From Balanoglossus misakiensis (lineage: Eukaryota; Animalia; Hemichordata), in contig CM082578.2 in assembly GCA_040954595.2 (NCBI GenBank), positions 912,831 through 976,830 on the forward strand: a DNA stretch of 64,000 nucleotides, given 5' to 3'. Shown here one piece after another: positions 1 through 12,949 of the stretch (the first letter of the stretch is position 1; every line of letters starts with the position of its first letter). The translations under genes were made by a program, and so were the position numbers. The notes under the pieces are model-generated. The model worked only from the letters and a program-made list of their open reading frames with translations. It had not been told where the DNA came from and did no database searches.

Positions 1-51
1 CATATAATCATGGGACAAGAAGGGCAAAAATTAAATTATCCAGCAGGTGTT

Positions 52-720
52 TGAATTATGCAAATTAGAACAGTTGTCTAATATTGCCATGTCAACCACG
101 TTGAAATTGTTTTAGGTACCCATATTAATTAAAACCGTGAAAATGCGATATTACACACCATATAAGACAAACCAGGGAAATTTACATGTTAGAGAAGTTT
201 GTCGGCCATTTTGGATTATGCAAATTAGAACAGTTGTCTAATATTGCCATGTCAACCACGCTGAAATTGTTTTAGTTACCCATATTGATGAAAACCCTGC
301 AAATGCGATTTTAGGCACCATATAAGACAAAACAGGGAAATTTACATTTAAGAAGAGTTTGGTGGCCATTTTGGATTATGCAAATTAGAACAGCTGTCTA
401 ATATTGCCATGTCAACGACGTTGAAATTGTTTTAGGTACCCATATTGATGAAAACCCTGCAAATGCGATATTACACACTATTAAAGACAACCATAGTAAA
501 TTTACATGTTAGAGAAGTTTGTCGGCCATTCTAGATTATGCAAATTAGAACAGCTGTCTAACATTGCAATGTCAACCACGTTGAAATTGTTTTAGGTACC
601 CATATTGATGAAAACCCTTCAAATGCGATACTACACGCTATTTAAGACGACCATAGGAAATTTACATGTTAGAGGAGTTTGGCGGCCATTTTGGACTATG
701 CAAATGAGAAGAGTTGAACA
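52..720. repeat. 160-bp tandem repeat, about 4 copies
   Basis: The motif ATTATGCAAATTAGAACAG recurs at ~55, 215, 375 and 535, with a variant at 695. About 1.5 inverted copies lie at ~53716-53945. Confidence 0.9.
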
Positions 721-2611
721 AAAAATGCCATATTTGCAATGCTGTTGTCTTGTTTTGGGTGCCTATGTTAAGGCTTGAAAATGAAAGCTTATTCACCATT
801 TTGGCACAAACAGTGGCGAGAAGGTGTTCCAATGTAACTTAGAAGAGTTGCCATATTTGCAATACAGTTATATTGTTTAAGGTATGAATGCAAATCCTGA
901 ATATTAGATTTATAACAATTTCATTGGAAAGAACATTTGTAGGTTCATCATTGACCCCATAGGACTGTCAACTGGACTACAGACAGTCTCGATGAACACA
1001 AGACATGATCCCAATTTGCAAGCTGAGTTGAAACTGACTGCTGCAGTAACTTTAGCTCTGGGAATGTCTTGTATGATTTAAAGCAATTGATGACCAAATT
1101 TAACACAGTTTCTCTGAGGTAACCACTTAGCTTTCGTGACTGGTTGTTTAAGAATCCAAAAAACATGAATTCTACCCAATGAATTCAACCCTTAGAATTT
1201 CACAACTGTAACAGAGTTTGCAGTCATGCACAAAAGTGTGTATCATACACATAAGAAATTTCTCACATGTATTTTTATAAGGGCAATGCATTTGACTGTA
1301 AACAAACATTGACATCAGTCAGTAGCGCTATTTTGTCAGTGAAATGGCTTCATCATCATCCCTCCAACCAAAGTTGAAACAGAGTTGCAAATATTGCACA
1401 GCTTGAAATCATAAAATGTTGCAAAATTGAACCAACAGTTCGGTCAATGATCAAGTTCTTACAGCTATTATTAGAACCAGACAATCTCAGCGAACAAGAG
1501 ACATGGGCCTTATTTGCAAGTCGAGTTAGAACTGCCTTTGCCTGCCCACGGACGCCCCAGTTTCAGCAAAAGTTATTGCATTAAAATGTGAGTATGGAGA
1601 ACTATGCTCTGTGTTCCTTTTGTTAGCTTACATAGCTGTTGTCATTCTAGTTTTTCCTCTGTCCTGTGAACAGAGTTTCAGTTGCGAAAACTGACAGTTC
1701 TCAAAGTACAAAAGTACACCTAAATTGCCTCGGTGATGAGCATGCAGAATTTATCTGATGCTTTTTACTTGCAGAAGGACCCCACCAGTTGCAGATTGTC
1801 AATTCCATGGCACAAGGGAATTTACGCTTTGCATTCAAATATAAATAATTAAAACCTGTTTAATTTTTCTATATGTTCTTTAGTGATGATTCAAAAATAT
1901 TATGACTGCTAGTGTGATTAATATTCTATTTTCAAAATGTGTTTCTCTTAATGATTATGAATACATCAAAATTTATGCTTTAAAATTATATCATTTTACC
2001 TGAAATATTGCAAATATTTGGAGGGTTGCATTTAATTTGAAGTTCTCGATCAAAGTTTTAGGCATAAAAAAGGTGCTACACCCCCAATAAATTGGTAGCT
2101 ATGAATTCAATTCAAAGAGTGTTGTAATGTCTGTTTTCCAACAGGGAGCCAGTTCAACAAAGCGCATGAGGATAGTAAATCACCTTTGTGAATTTTGTGC
2201 ACCACAGTAAGAATTCCCTAGAAACTGCAAACTAAATTGCAAAGCAATCAGACAAAAATGGCAGAAATTGCCAACAAAAAAAAAACAATATTGTCACTTC
2301 CATCACTGGGTTTGTTAAATTGTCATAAAATCACACCTAAGAACATGCAAACCAAATTTTAAAAAAAATGTGGGTAGAGGTTTCTGAGTATATGACGACC
2401 AAAATCACCCCAAAAATATACTTCAAAAATGAAAAACAAAATCTGTATAAAGTCTCAATAACATAAATACACACCAATTTCTAAAGCAATCTGACCAGTA
2501 CCTTCTTGAGTTTCTGAGTTTAGAACAATTTCACATTGGTCCCAATGGTATATTGACATATACAAAATTGGACCTAAAGAGTAAAACACATTTCAAAGAT
2601 TTTACAATTAA

Positions 2612-2905
2612 AGCCTCACAAGCTGCCAAATTTTACACATCTTTTACCACAATAACATTTTTCAAATCATCCACCTATCCTTTAAAATCAGCACCATTGA
2701 GCCATATTACTTGAATTTGCATGGGGTTTGTCATCTCTCTGCGATGTGTACCCTCCATATGGAGGCTGATTAAAACAGGTGTGACTTCTTTAAATTGCAA
2801 CATACAGGCACATTCATTAGTCAATAAAATGTTCATGTATACCTATCAGTCAGTTTGTTTAGATGAACAAATCTAAGATGGAAAGTAATATCATGAAAAT
2901 ACTGT
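2612..2905. mobile_element. TTAA-targeting (Kolobok-like) MITE, degenerate copy
   Basis: Begins TTAA|AGCCTCACAAGCTGCCAAATTTT; homologous to 26571-26910, ~21659-22013 and ~50289-50605. Right boundary approximate. Confidence 0.55.
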
Positions 2906-3169
2906 AAGATTGGAAACTCTGAGTTTGAGTCTAAGGATAACAAGGGAACCTCTCTACTATTTGAAGCACCAAAGCTATGAAAAACTTCCTTCTTTCCCTC
3001 AAATATTTTTTATGAATATGTTCTACTCCGTGATTAAAATTTCCCTTTTACCAAATGTACATATGTAAGAGACGAGATTTTTTCAGCAAAATTTCAAATG
3101 GCCTAGGGTGACTTTTTACCTACTTACCCATATTGGGTAGCATGAAACACAGAATGGCATACCAGTGGG

Positions 3170-4345
3170 TTAGAGATACAGCGTTTTATATTAACATGAA
3201 TTAACATGAAACTAAAAATTTGATGGTTTACTTAGGACTGCCTTGATCCATGGTAACCTCATTAAATATGTACATATCTAATTCTAGGCTATCCAGTTGC
3301 GGTAGAAACCTGGACATGGACAACTTTGGGGTCAAAATCTTTTGACAAAATGTTGGGTGATCTTGGGTAAACTTTGACCTACATTCCTATATCTTGGCAT
3401 CCGGCACAGATACATTCTTGACACTTGGAGTGATGGAACTGCATAATGGAGTATTATGTCTCAGCTAGTCACAGTGCTTTTGCTGTGTCTTTTATTCAGC
3501 CAAATTAGATGTTTTTCATTACACATTGGCTGTGTTTGCCAGTACATTTTAGCTGGTCACACTGCCTTAACACAATGTATTCTCAAAATACTCTGCAATC
3601 TTTATGAAGCATATACAGCAGACAAAGTTGTGGTAAGACTGAACTTGCCCTTCTTTGTGATTAAAGCATGACCGGCCTGTCTTAGGTGGCCCCTACCTAG
3701 AGGCTTTACCTGTCATTGGCTCACAGTCTGAGAAATCAGCTCTGCAGGGAAGTTAACGATGTAACCCACCATTAAAGCTTGGATTTCCGCTTTTTGTATT
3801 TGATGCCTGGCTGAGGCCTTCTTAGGATCTACCCAACGCTGAGTAGGCTATCCCGTCATTGGCACACAGTCTCAGGGAGGGAGTCAAAAGTTCAGTATAC
3901 CATCAAAGCCTTTATATTGTCCATTCTTTTTAGGAGAAGGCTGGCTGCTGTAGAAAAATGTTGATCTCAAATTTATCATGTCCAAAAAGCCAGACTTCCA
4001 GCCCTATTGGTTAGGCTGGCATTAGGTAAGTACATAATTAATGAGGCAAGACATAATACTCAATCAAATAGTTCCATCACTCCAAGTGTCAAGGTTGTAT
4101 CTGCTCCGGATGCTAAAATATAGGAATGTAGGTCAAAGTTTACCCAAGATCACACAAATGTTTGTCAAAAGAATTTGACCCCGAAGTTGTCCATGTCCAG
4201 GTTTCTACTTCAGCTGAATAGCCTAGAATTAGATATGCACATATTTAACGAGGTTACCATTGCTCAGGGGGGTCTTAAATTAACCATCAAATTTTAGTTT
4301 CATATTAATGCATATTAATATAAAATACTGTATCTCTAACCCTAC
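3170..4345. repeat. Foldback unit with ~290-bp inverted arms
   Basis: 3300-3440 (…CTTGACACTTGGAGTGATGGAACT) is inverted at 4070-4210. A counterpart unit lies at ~48835-49985. Confidence 0.75.
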
Positions 4346-5992
4346 AGGTAAGCCTAGAATTAGGTACATGTACATGCGTAAGTTTTTGACAAGACAGTTA
4401 AGCTGTAATATATGTACATGAACCTTGACAATTGACTTAAAATAACATAAAGGCAGAACTGATACTGATTGGAGATAGATATTACTAATGACAGTGATGT
4501 TAATTACACCAGGAATGTTTGTCTTAGTATACGGTAGCTAACCGACTGCTTGAGGTTAAGTAATGAAAGTGCCCACTTGCGATTCACCTTCAAATAGCTA
4601 CTTAGTCTTTGGTACATGTACATTGTTTTTCCAATGATTAGACAAAGGATATACATACGTGTAATTAAGGTTGTGTAGCATTTTCAATGTAATAAGCCCT
4701 GCCTTCACTATAATCTTACACCAAATCAACACTGTTCAGTAATGTGATAGGCTTCAAAGCGACGCTAGTTACATCATAATTCCCAGCAAGGGGTATTAGT
4801 TTATTGGGCAAGTGGCATGAGTGAGGCCAGACATTAGTTTTGGAAGCAAAGCGGACAGAACACTGCCGGGCATAGACTAGGTAGTTCTGAATGTGACCAT
4901 GGACATTACCACATTAGACTCTGTATTGTAAGTTTCTGAAGAATCGCAAAAAATCATCAACAGTCTACATGTACTTCAACCTTGTGAGAAGTACTGTATA
5001 ACACACAGGATATACTAGTCACTGTTGGTCAGGTTATTACACACTGTGGTCCCATCTGGGGATTACACAAAATTAGGTATGTCTGTGTTCATGGGAAAAA
5101 TCATGTGACATTGGCAAGCAGATATGACCTACTGTAAGAACATTTCAAAGGAACCAAACAAGTATTTTAGGGAAAACAACATTCAACAATGACAAAAACT
5201 GCCTCAAACCACATCTATCCAACTATCAACAAATTGTATAATATCTACTTCAATCACCACGCCTACCAAAGTTGAAAGCAATCTGACTAGTAGTTTCAAA
5301 GAATACAAATTGCAAAAATTGCCCCAAGACCACAATATGTAAATTTCACCAAAATGATATACAACATTACTTGGGTTACCTCTTGGAACAAGCATACCAA
5401 AATTTAAAAGCAATCTAAGGAGTTTCTCAGAAAATGAATTTTGACCAAAAATGACAGATTACAAATTCTGCGACAATTTAAACAAAACCAACTAAGATCA
5501 CCTACCGGAAGTGTCATACTAAATTCTAAAGAAATCAGCCAATCTCTTTAAGAGGAAAAGATTTTTTTTCAAATGGTAAAACAAGACAAAATAATTGCAT
5601 AAAAAATAGACAATTCACGATATAAACTCAAAGTATATCAGGTATAAGGACATTACCTACATGCATACAAATGTTCAAAGCAGTCTAACCAGTTGTTGAG
5701 TTTTGATCAATTCCACATATTTCACAGGTTATTTGCGTATTTTTGCAATGACAACTTCATTTAAGCAAAATCCCATCTACACACCAAATATCAAGGTGAT
5801 ACGCGAAGTGGTTTCATGTTTTGGATCAGGGCAGACATACATCCATATATACATGTAACATGCATACACACATGTACACACACACACAAACACATGCATA
5901 CATGCATACATACATACATACGTACATACATACATACATACAGAGGGAAACGGTCTGGTAATCAATGTTGTGACACTAGCATTAGGCCTTAA

Positions 5993-6432
5993 ACCCCGGT
6001 GCGGAAAGTACTGGGGTTCGGATTAACGTGTGTTTGTACAGTTGTTTATTTGGGAGTGGTCGTCGTGCATAATAACTGTGTAATTGATCTCATGTACATA
6101 GAAAATAATTGAACACTTTACACCTCTATGCGATTGACAGCTGTTTGAATGGCGTGGTTATTGTTTCCCAGGGATGCTTCTGAAAAGCACTGAAACCAGA
6201 TTTCTCCCAAAATCATCGTTGTTTCAAAAGCTCGTGTACTTTTTCATCGATAACTTCATGTTGTGTGTGTTTATAAAGCCAACCACTGTCGTTGTGTGGT
6301 GTAATTCTTTATGCTTGGATCTGTTTGGGCCGATTTTCATAGAGCCAAGTTCGTTGGTGTTGTCTGTTGTCAGTCAAACGGCATTAAGATTCGCCACTGA
6401 TTTGGGGGGTCTTTTATACCACGCATCGGGGT
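5993..6432. mobile_element. Non-autonomous TIR element at a TTAA site
   Basis: TTAA|ACCCCGGTGCG ... CGCATCGGGGT|TTAA; absent from the paralogous site in the right arm (~47186). Confidence 0.7.
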
Positions 6433-6436
6433 TTAA

Positions 6437-7415
6437 GGTAGTTGGAAAGGCTATTTTTGAAGCAAATTCTCTCAATGTTTGTGAATTTATTTTCACAAGT
6501 TAGAATAAAGATAATGACTTGAAATTTGCAGCATGTGTTCTTAACAAACTAAAAAGTGAGGGAAAAATATGACTGTAAAAATATCTGCTAAAATTATGAA
6601 ATTTGATACGCCTAAATATAAATATTCATAATTTTACAAAATATTGATTGAATCTTGACATGTTTTCACAAATTATTGAATAATTTGTATTCATTTTAAT
6701 ATGAAGCAACCCCTCCAGCAATGTATGGGACACTTTCAGCAAAAACTTATTTTTTTCAAAGTTATCACTCAGGAAAACACAGTTTTTGTTGATTTTTTGT
6801 ATACAACTTTAACGTGCTGCCAAAACACAACGGGAAAACTTATGAAAAAACTGTCCCGTAAAATTGTTCTTTGGGATGTCCCGAGCCTTTCCTGAAAGTT
6901 TCATGATAAAAAAAATATCTGGCATACCTATTCAATCACAAATAAAAACCATTACATTATGGCGAAGGGCAGAAAAGTAGCGAAATACGCAAAGTTTAGC
7001 GGCAGTTCACGGCGAAGGATCGCATTTATCTGGGTCAAACGCTTTTCCGCTGGCTTTTCGGGATCCCTAGAAATGCAAAAATGTCCATAATTTGGCAGCC
7101 TTTAATAAACAAGCAAGGTTATCTATCGTTGAAAATTGCAAGAATCAGTGTTTGCAAGTTACATTTAAATGCCCTTGGCTAGGGGAACCCGTCCTTGTGC
7201 GCATAGCCTAGGAGAAGTCTTTCCCTAGAGGGCGCTCAAATAAGGCTCCCTAGCTTCCTTGCCAGATGAATGAAATTAGGTATCATAAAACCAGCCATAT
7301 CTTGTTACACGTTTATTGCCCCGAATGAGTTTAATTTTTCTCTAATACATTTCTAGATATAAATTCAGTGTTTTTAAATGAAATTTTAACTGACGCCCTA
7401 GCCTGTCCAACTACC
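6437..7415. mobile_element. Kolobok-like non-autonomous DNA transposon
   Basis: TTAA|GGTAGTTGGA ... TCCAACTACC|TTAA; purine-purine termini plus TTAA TSD; absent from the paralogous arm. Confidence 0.75.
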
Positions 7416-9213
7416 TTAATGTTTACGATATCAGGACAATTTATATCATATGAAGTTTTATGTATTCATAATTATTCAGAGAAGCAAATTTTTAAAAATG
7501 TGAAATTGTTATCAATCGGATGTGCACTGACAGCATGCTTATATGGAATACAGGTACTCTAACACAATCAGTCATAACACTTTTGAATCATCAATAAATA
7601 ACATATAGAATAATTTTACAGGATTTAATTATTTATATTTGAACGCAAAGCGTAAATTCCCTTGTGCCATGGAATTCACAATCTGCAACTGGTGGGGTCC
7701 TTCTGCCAGTAAGAAGCATCAGATAAATTCTGCATGCTCATCACCGAGGCAATTTAGGTGTACTTTTGTACTTTGAGAACTGTCGGTTTTCGCAACTGAA
7801 ACTCTGCTCACAGGACGGAGGAAAAACTAGAATGACAACAGCTATGTAAGCTAACAAAAGAAACACAGAGCATAGTTCTCCATACTCATATTTTAATGCA
7901 ATAATTTTTGCTGAAATTGGGGCGTCCGTGGGCAGGCAAAGGCAGTTCTAACTCAACTTGCAAATCAGGCCCATGTCTCTTGTTCCCTGAGACTGTCTGG
8001 TTCTAATAATAGCTGTAAGAACATAATCGTTGACCAAACGGTTGGTTCAATTTTGCAACATTTTATGATTTCAAGCTGTGCAATATTTGCAACTCTGTTT
8101 CAACTTTGGTTGGAGGGATGATGATGAAGCCATTTCACTGACAAAATAGCACTACTAACTGACATCCATATTTGTTTACAGTCAAATGCATTGCCATCAG
8201 ATAAATGCATACGAAAAAATTCTTATGTGAATAATACACACTATCTTGCACAACTGCAAACTCTGTCACATTTGTGACATTTTAAGGAAATTCATTCATT
8301 GGGTAGCTTTATGAATTCTTAAACAAACTTAGTCATGAAACCTAAATGGTTACCTTACACATCTGGCGGCTCGACTTCTGTGATATAATAGTCTTCAATT
8401 AATGTGTATGTGATTCCATACAAATCCATATGATTACCTGAACGTACAAAATCAATTAAAAATAAAAAATAAATTAAAAATAAATAAGTATCTCATACAT
8501 ATGCATAAGTGCTTGTGATAAATATATCCTGTATTTAAATAAACCTGTCATTTATTGACCTCGTTTTCCTATTAACCCAAAGGACTAGATTGCACTGTAG
8601 TATTATTACAGCTTCATTTCAATGCAACAGGTACACTACATCATATTGGAGCAAATATGCCAGCTCAACATTGATATAAAGAGTGTCAAAATATTGGTGG
8701 CTACAAAAGCTTGTGTCCCTTCAATCCATCCTCGCACTCAGGTGAAAACGAACGTCATTAGTTTTTGGGAAAAAACCTCTGAAATCAATTTCGGTGAGGC
8801 CAAATGTGTTCCAAAGGCAAACCGTTTCTGGTAAACAAATCAATGGCAAATAATTACTTCGGCGACATACCAATCAGTCAACATGGCTGCCTAATCGTTG
8901 GATAGCCCGGTTTCACCTCGCGATCATTCTATCTTCCGATATGGCGTTGCATGGTTAAATTCGTCTCTTCTTTGCCGACATAGTCGGGCGACAGCGGTCC
9001 AGAAGCATAGGCAGCGACGCCATCTTGTTTACAATGTGAAGTATCGACTGCGCATGCTCAATAATTTTCCGCGGTTTTTTTTTTGCCAACGGCGCGCGCG
9101 CGGTGTCTGGTATAGAGAAAATAACATGCAAGTGCGCGATTATTCATTTGTAAAAAATCAGTTATACATTTGTCATCAACGTTTGAAAACTTTCAATGAT
9201 CTTACCTCGGTAA

Positions 9214-10024
9214 GGCTACATTCACAAACACCTCTGGAGGGGGGGGGGCAGGAGAATTGAGGGGGGGATTTGAAAAAATTGAGGGTATGTAAGGGGGGGA
9301 TTTGAAATAATTTAGGGACTGAAAGGGGGGGACTTGAAAACTTTGACGACTAAATATTTATTTTGAGTCCACAAAAATGCAGTTTCGCGCCCTTTATTTT
9401 ACAAAATTTTCTAATGTGGGAGGGGGACACCCCCTCCCACACCCACCCCCTACATTCATCGACACCTTTCAATCTTTGACTGGTTTATCTAGTGTCCCAG
9501 GTCAGGGGACTTGCCCCCAGCCCATGATAACTTTGAGCCCCGACGGTTAAATTTGTCCTCCCTAACATACTGGTCGTTGAGTTAATTTGCTTTTGCCGGG
9601 TTCATTTAAATGCAGCTTTGAGCTCTGTATTTTATAAAATTTTCTTACGTGGGAGGGGGACACCCCCTCCCAAACCCACCCCCTTCAATTCTCGGTTTAC
9701 AATGTCTCCCAACACAGAATACACATTCTTAAAAATTAAAAACAATGTTCAGTTTTAATACCCACTGATGAGAGGAAACATCAATTTCAAATTATTTTCA
9801 TGGGAGCGCTGTTTTTCTTTTTTACAAGATATTAGATAGATAGGTGATGTGTTTCGCTGTGTGAAAGAAAATGGGGGGGGGGGGGGATTTCAAATTTTTA
9901 GCAGTTCGGAAGGGGGGTATTTGAAAATATTTCGGGTTGTGTAGGGGGGCATGTGAAAATTAACGGTAAAAAAAATTGAATTCTCACCCCCCCCCCCCCT
10001 CCAGAGGTGTTTGTGAATGCAGCC
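9214..10024. mobile_element. PIF/Harbinger-like MITE
   Basis: TAA|GGCTACATTCACAAACACCTCTGGAGGGG ... CCCCTCCAGAGGTGTTTGTGAATGCAGCC|TAA; 3-bp TWA TSD; G/C tracts. Confidence 0.8.
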
Positions 10025-12949
10025 TAAGCATTTCAAATAGGTACAGTTTTATTTAGAACCATCGTATGTGGAAAATAATAAAACACAGAGTGGGGATTTG
10101 CCCTATGTTTGACTTGATCATACCCAGCTCGGTTTGCGTTTTGTCATTGACGAGGGTGTCAGACTTTTGCTGAGAGAGTGAGTTTCTATAGCGTAAACGT
10201 TTATCGACTGGACTTTCTGTGCGCCAACAATTACATTATTTGTGGCCGGGGAACACGTGCAACTTTTGATGACTGTTTTTCTAGCGCCGTGTTTTTATCT
10301 TACGACCTAGAATACCTGCTTGCGTCACTATGGTCTGCTCTGCACGTACTATGCTTTCCAGTTTATGTAGCTTGAAGTTGTACCACATTTTGGTTTCCGA
10401 GCTGTAGCGAACATAAAACCGAAACTAATAGCTACGTGTTGACCTCAGCGACTGCGTGTTTTTTTTGTTGAGCTCGCTAAATTCCAAGTATTCCCAACCT
10501 ACAGTTTATTCTCATGCAGCTCAGACTGAGGTCGCTTCTAAGAGAAAAAACAACAACATATTTTGGCTGCTGCCAGACCAGGAATGGAAAATCTTGAGTG
10601 GCGCTGGGCTGCATTTCTCTGTAGGACTGTAGTTCTATTGTGCAAGGGTTCGCCAGCATCGCCTTCAGACTTGTTGTCATAGTCACTGGTGGCGGTTTGT
10701 CCTGCACTACTCGTCGTTCTATTTGATGTGGTGGTATTATTCCCAGATGTCTGTGCCGAGGATCCTGCCCGTTTTCCGATTCTCTTCGTTTTGTCGGCCA
10801 TTTGCTTCACTTTTTCTGTCATTGTTGCGACGTCAGTCTCTGTTGTTGTTCGAAGGAGGCGAAAGTCCATTCACCATTAATAGCCGAATTTCCAAGATCG
10901 TCCGTTAATTACAATGCGACGTCACGCTATCATGTCCTAAGAAAGACTACAGGGCACATTTTTTTATCTCGTGCGCACGACTTACGTGTGCATGTGATAT
11001 TTTCTCGTGAACACGAGTGCGCTCGCAATTTTCTCGTGCGCACGAGATATGCACGAGATAGCATGTTTCTCGTGCACACGAGAAAACATCTCGCTGGAAC
11101 AAGATACTATCTCTTGCTCAAGAAATAGAATAACTGGCAGCCACTATGATGTCTGCCACAGGCAAATTTAAATATTCCACTCTGGATCTTCTTTCAGCCC
11201 TTCGGAAAACATGAGCATTTATGAAATCCGGCTCTCAATTTTTCGAGAAGTTCCAGCAGTTGTGGTGTCGCCAAAAACGAATGTATGCCATTCCTGGCGG
11301 AAAAAAATATGCAAGAGACGCTTGCAATACACTGCCATCTACCTGACCGCCCTACATGCCTTAATGTAAGGTAGAAGGTCGGGCGGTAGGAAGAGTTCAC
11401 CAAAAGAGGGCGCATTTTATCATCCATTGATTTATACTGTGTACGAGCAGAGAAGCCTCAGTGTTCGCGGTTAGAACCGTATCGGTAAGACAAAGACAGA
11501 AGAGTTGACAGACAACAAACTTATTCAGTTTATATCATATAATTCTTACTGTAAAACGTTCCCTGAATAAAGCCTTGTGCTCATAAGAACATTGAAGATT
11601 GTCGCATACAGACCGACACCCTTTTATCTATTGTAGGTATTGAATGGAACGCTAAATACCTGTGTATTTCTTATTCATTAAGCAATGATGTAACACAACA
11701 AGTTTCGGACAGTGTGAAGAAAGGGCCAAAGCACTCTTGCAAGTTAGTGTGGTGTACTCTTTTCCAACACTGCTGCAAGCTGTTCAGCACCTGATGCTGC
11801 TTGTATCTCCGATGACAAATGGACAGTCTGTGTGCTGTCAAAGTAAATCCATCAATTTTGCGGAGCTGAAAGGAAAATGACAGCTTGTCAAACTCAAATC
11901 TGCCAGACGAAATAGGGAAAGAAATGCATAACAGGTAATCCACCATACTATGAATTTTAGCCAGCATCCTATGAAATGCGGTGAAACGGAACTGCAATTA
12001 ATTTTAAATGAATTCTGCTCAAATAGTTTTCTTAGTTCTCAACATTGGATTGGAACCGTTAAATATAATGTACTGTATAACATTATCATACAGGTTAGTA
12101 TGTCAAATATTTTTCCATTTGGCATTTTCTTCTTGAGGTCATTTCAACAGTATGCACACCACAGTTTGTGAGATATGGACAGAAACAAACTGGAATCTAT
12201 GCAATGTTATAATAGTATATTATTGTTAACAAGAAAGCGGCAACTCTCTACCTGGCAGAGAATAATGATAGTCTTTTTGAAAAAAAGGGCGTGCTGAGGA
12301 TATGGTCAGTCAAAAACATACATGTATAAGGTATGCCTGAACTAATTTTTAACATGGTGCACAAGCGTTTGCCCCATAGTAACTTAGTTAGATTCAAAAT
12401 GGCCGCCATTTATGTAAGTGCGCCCTCAACAACTACCTTTGTGCGCATTCCCTGTAATGGGGAGGGCATTATATGCGCCTTGTTTGCATGATTTAAACAT
12501 CACTTGAAATGCACTTTCATGTATAGACTACCGATGAATTTCACTGTAATCGAACACTATATTATTTGTATTTCTATTTTGATCTTACAGTGAATAAAAA
12601 TGACCATTTGAAGCCAATCATTTACAATCACCACGTACCTGGCCTGAATGTTTGCTTTTATTATGTTCACAAACTTAACACACCATTGTTCTGGTTGTAA
12701 AGGCGGGTACAGGTTGGCTAGTAGTGAGGGGAACATGTACATTCAGTCTAGTTACTCGCTAAATTTTCAAGTACTTGGTACATTATCTGAAAGTCACACA
12801 ATTATTCACACAAGAGGCAATATGCAGGTTAAAGAGTTTTTATTATTAACATTTTACACATCAAATATATATGTACAAAATTGGCATGGTAACAATCACA
12901 AAAATACTTTAAATCTTGCATTGTGATCTATTTACATTCACATTTACAT

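Larger units (their letters stand above)
1170..8340. repeat. Internal inverted pair within the left arm (~1170-2000 vs ~7420-8340)
   Basis: 1560-1850 is the near reverse complement of 7640-7920. Other copies of the same unit lie at ~46330-47190 (+) and ~51830-53380 (-). Confidence 0.8.
1..9062. repeat. Left arm of a ~9-kb inverted segmental repeat (partner 45353-54003)
   Basis: Bases 1-60 are the reverse complement of ~53937-54003. Further collinear inverted blocks: 970-1900 / 51830-53560, 2215-5990 / 47190-50950, 7420-9062 / 45353-47190. Diverged, with arm-specific insertions. Confidence 0.85.

Noticed and set aside
8898-9260. Similar ORFs at 8898-9260 (+) and 45344-45532 (-)
   Set aside because: Their similarity simply reflects the inverted arms; the sequence looks like CpG-rich regulatory or repeat DNA rather than a gene.
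10538-10870. 110-aa S/T-rich ORF ending CCCFFS
   Set aside because: No recognisable domain, an in-frame stop directly upstream and no clear splice link; coding status is unsupported.
10948-11160. Clustered CTCGTGCGCACGAG-type palindromes
   Set aside because: Probably a decayed MITE, but no matching termini or TSD could be defined.
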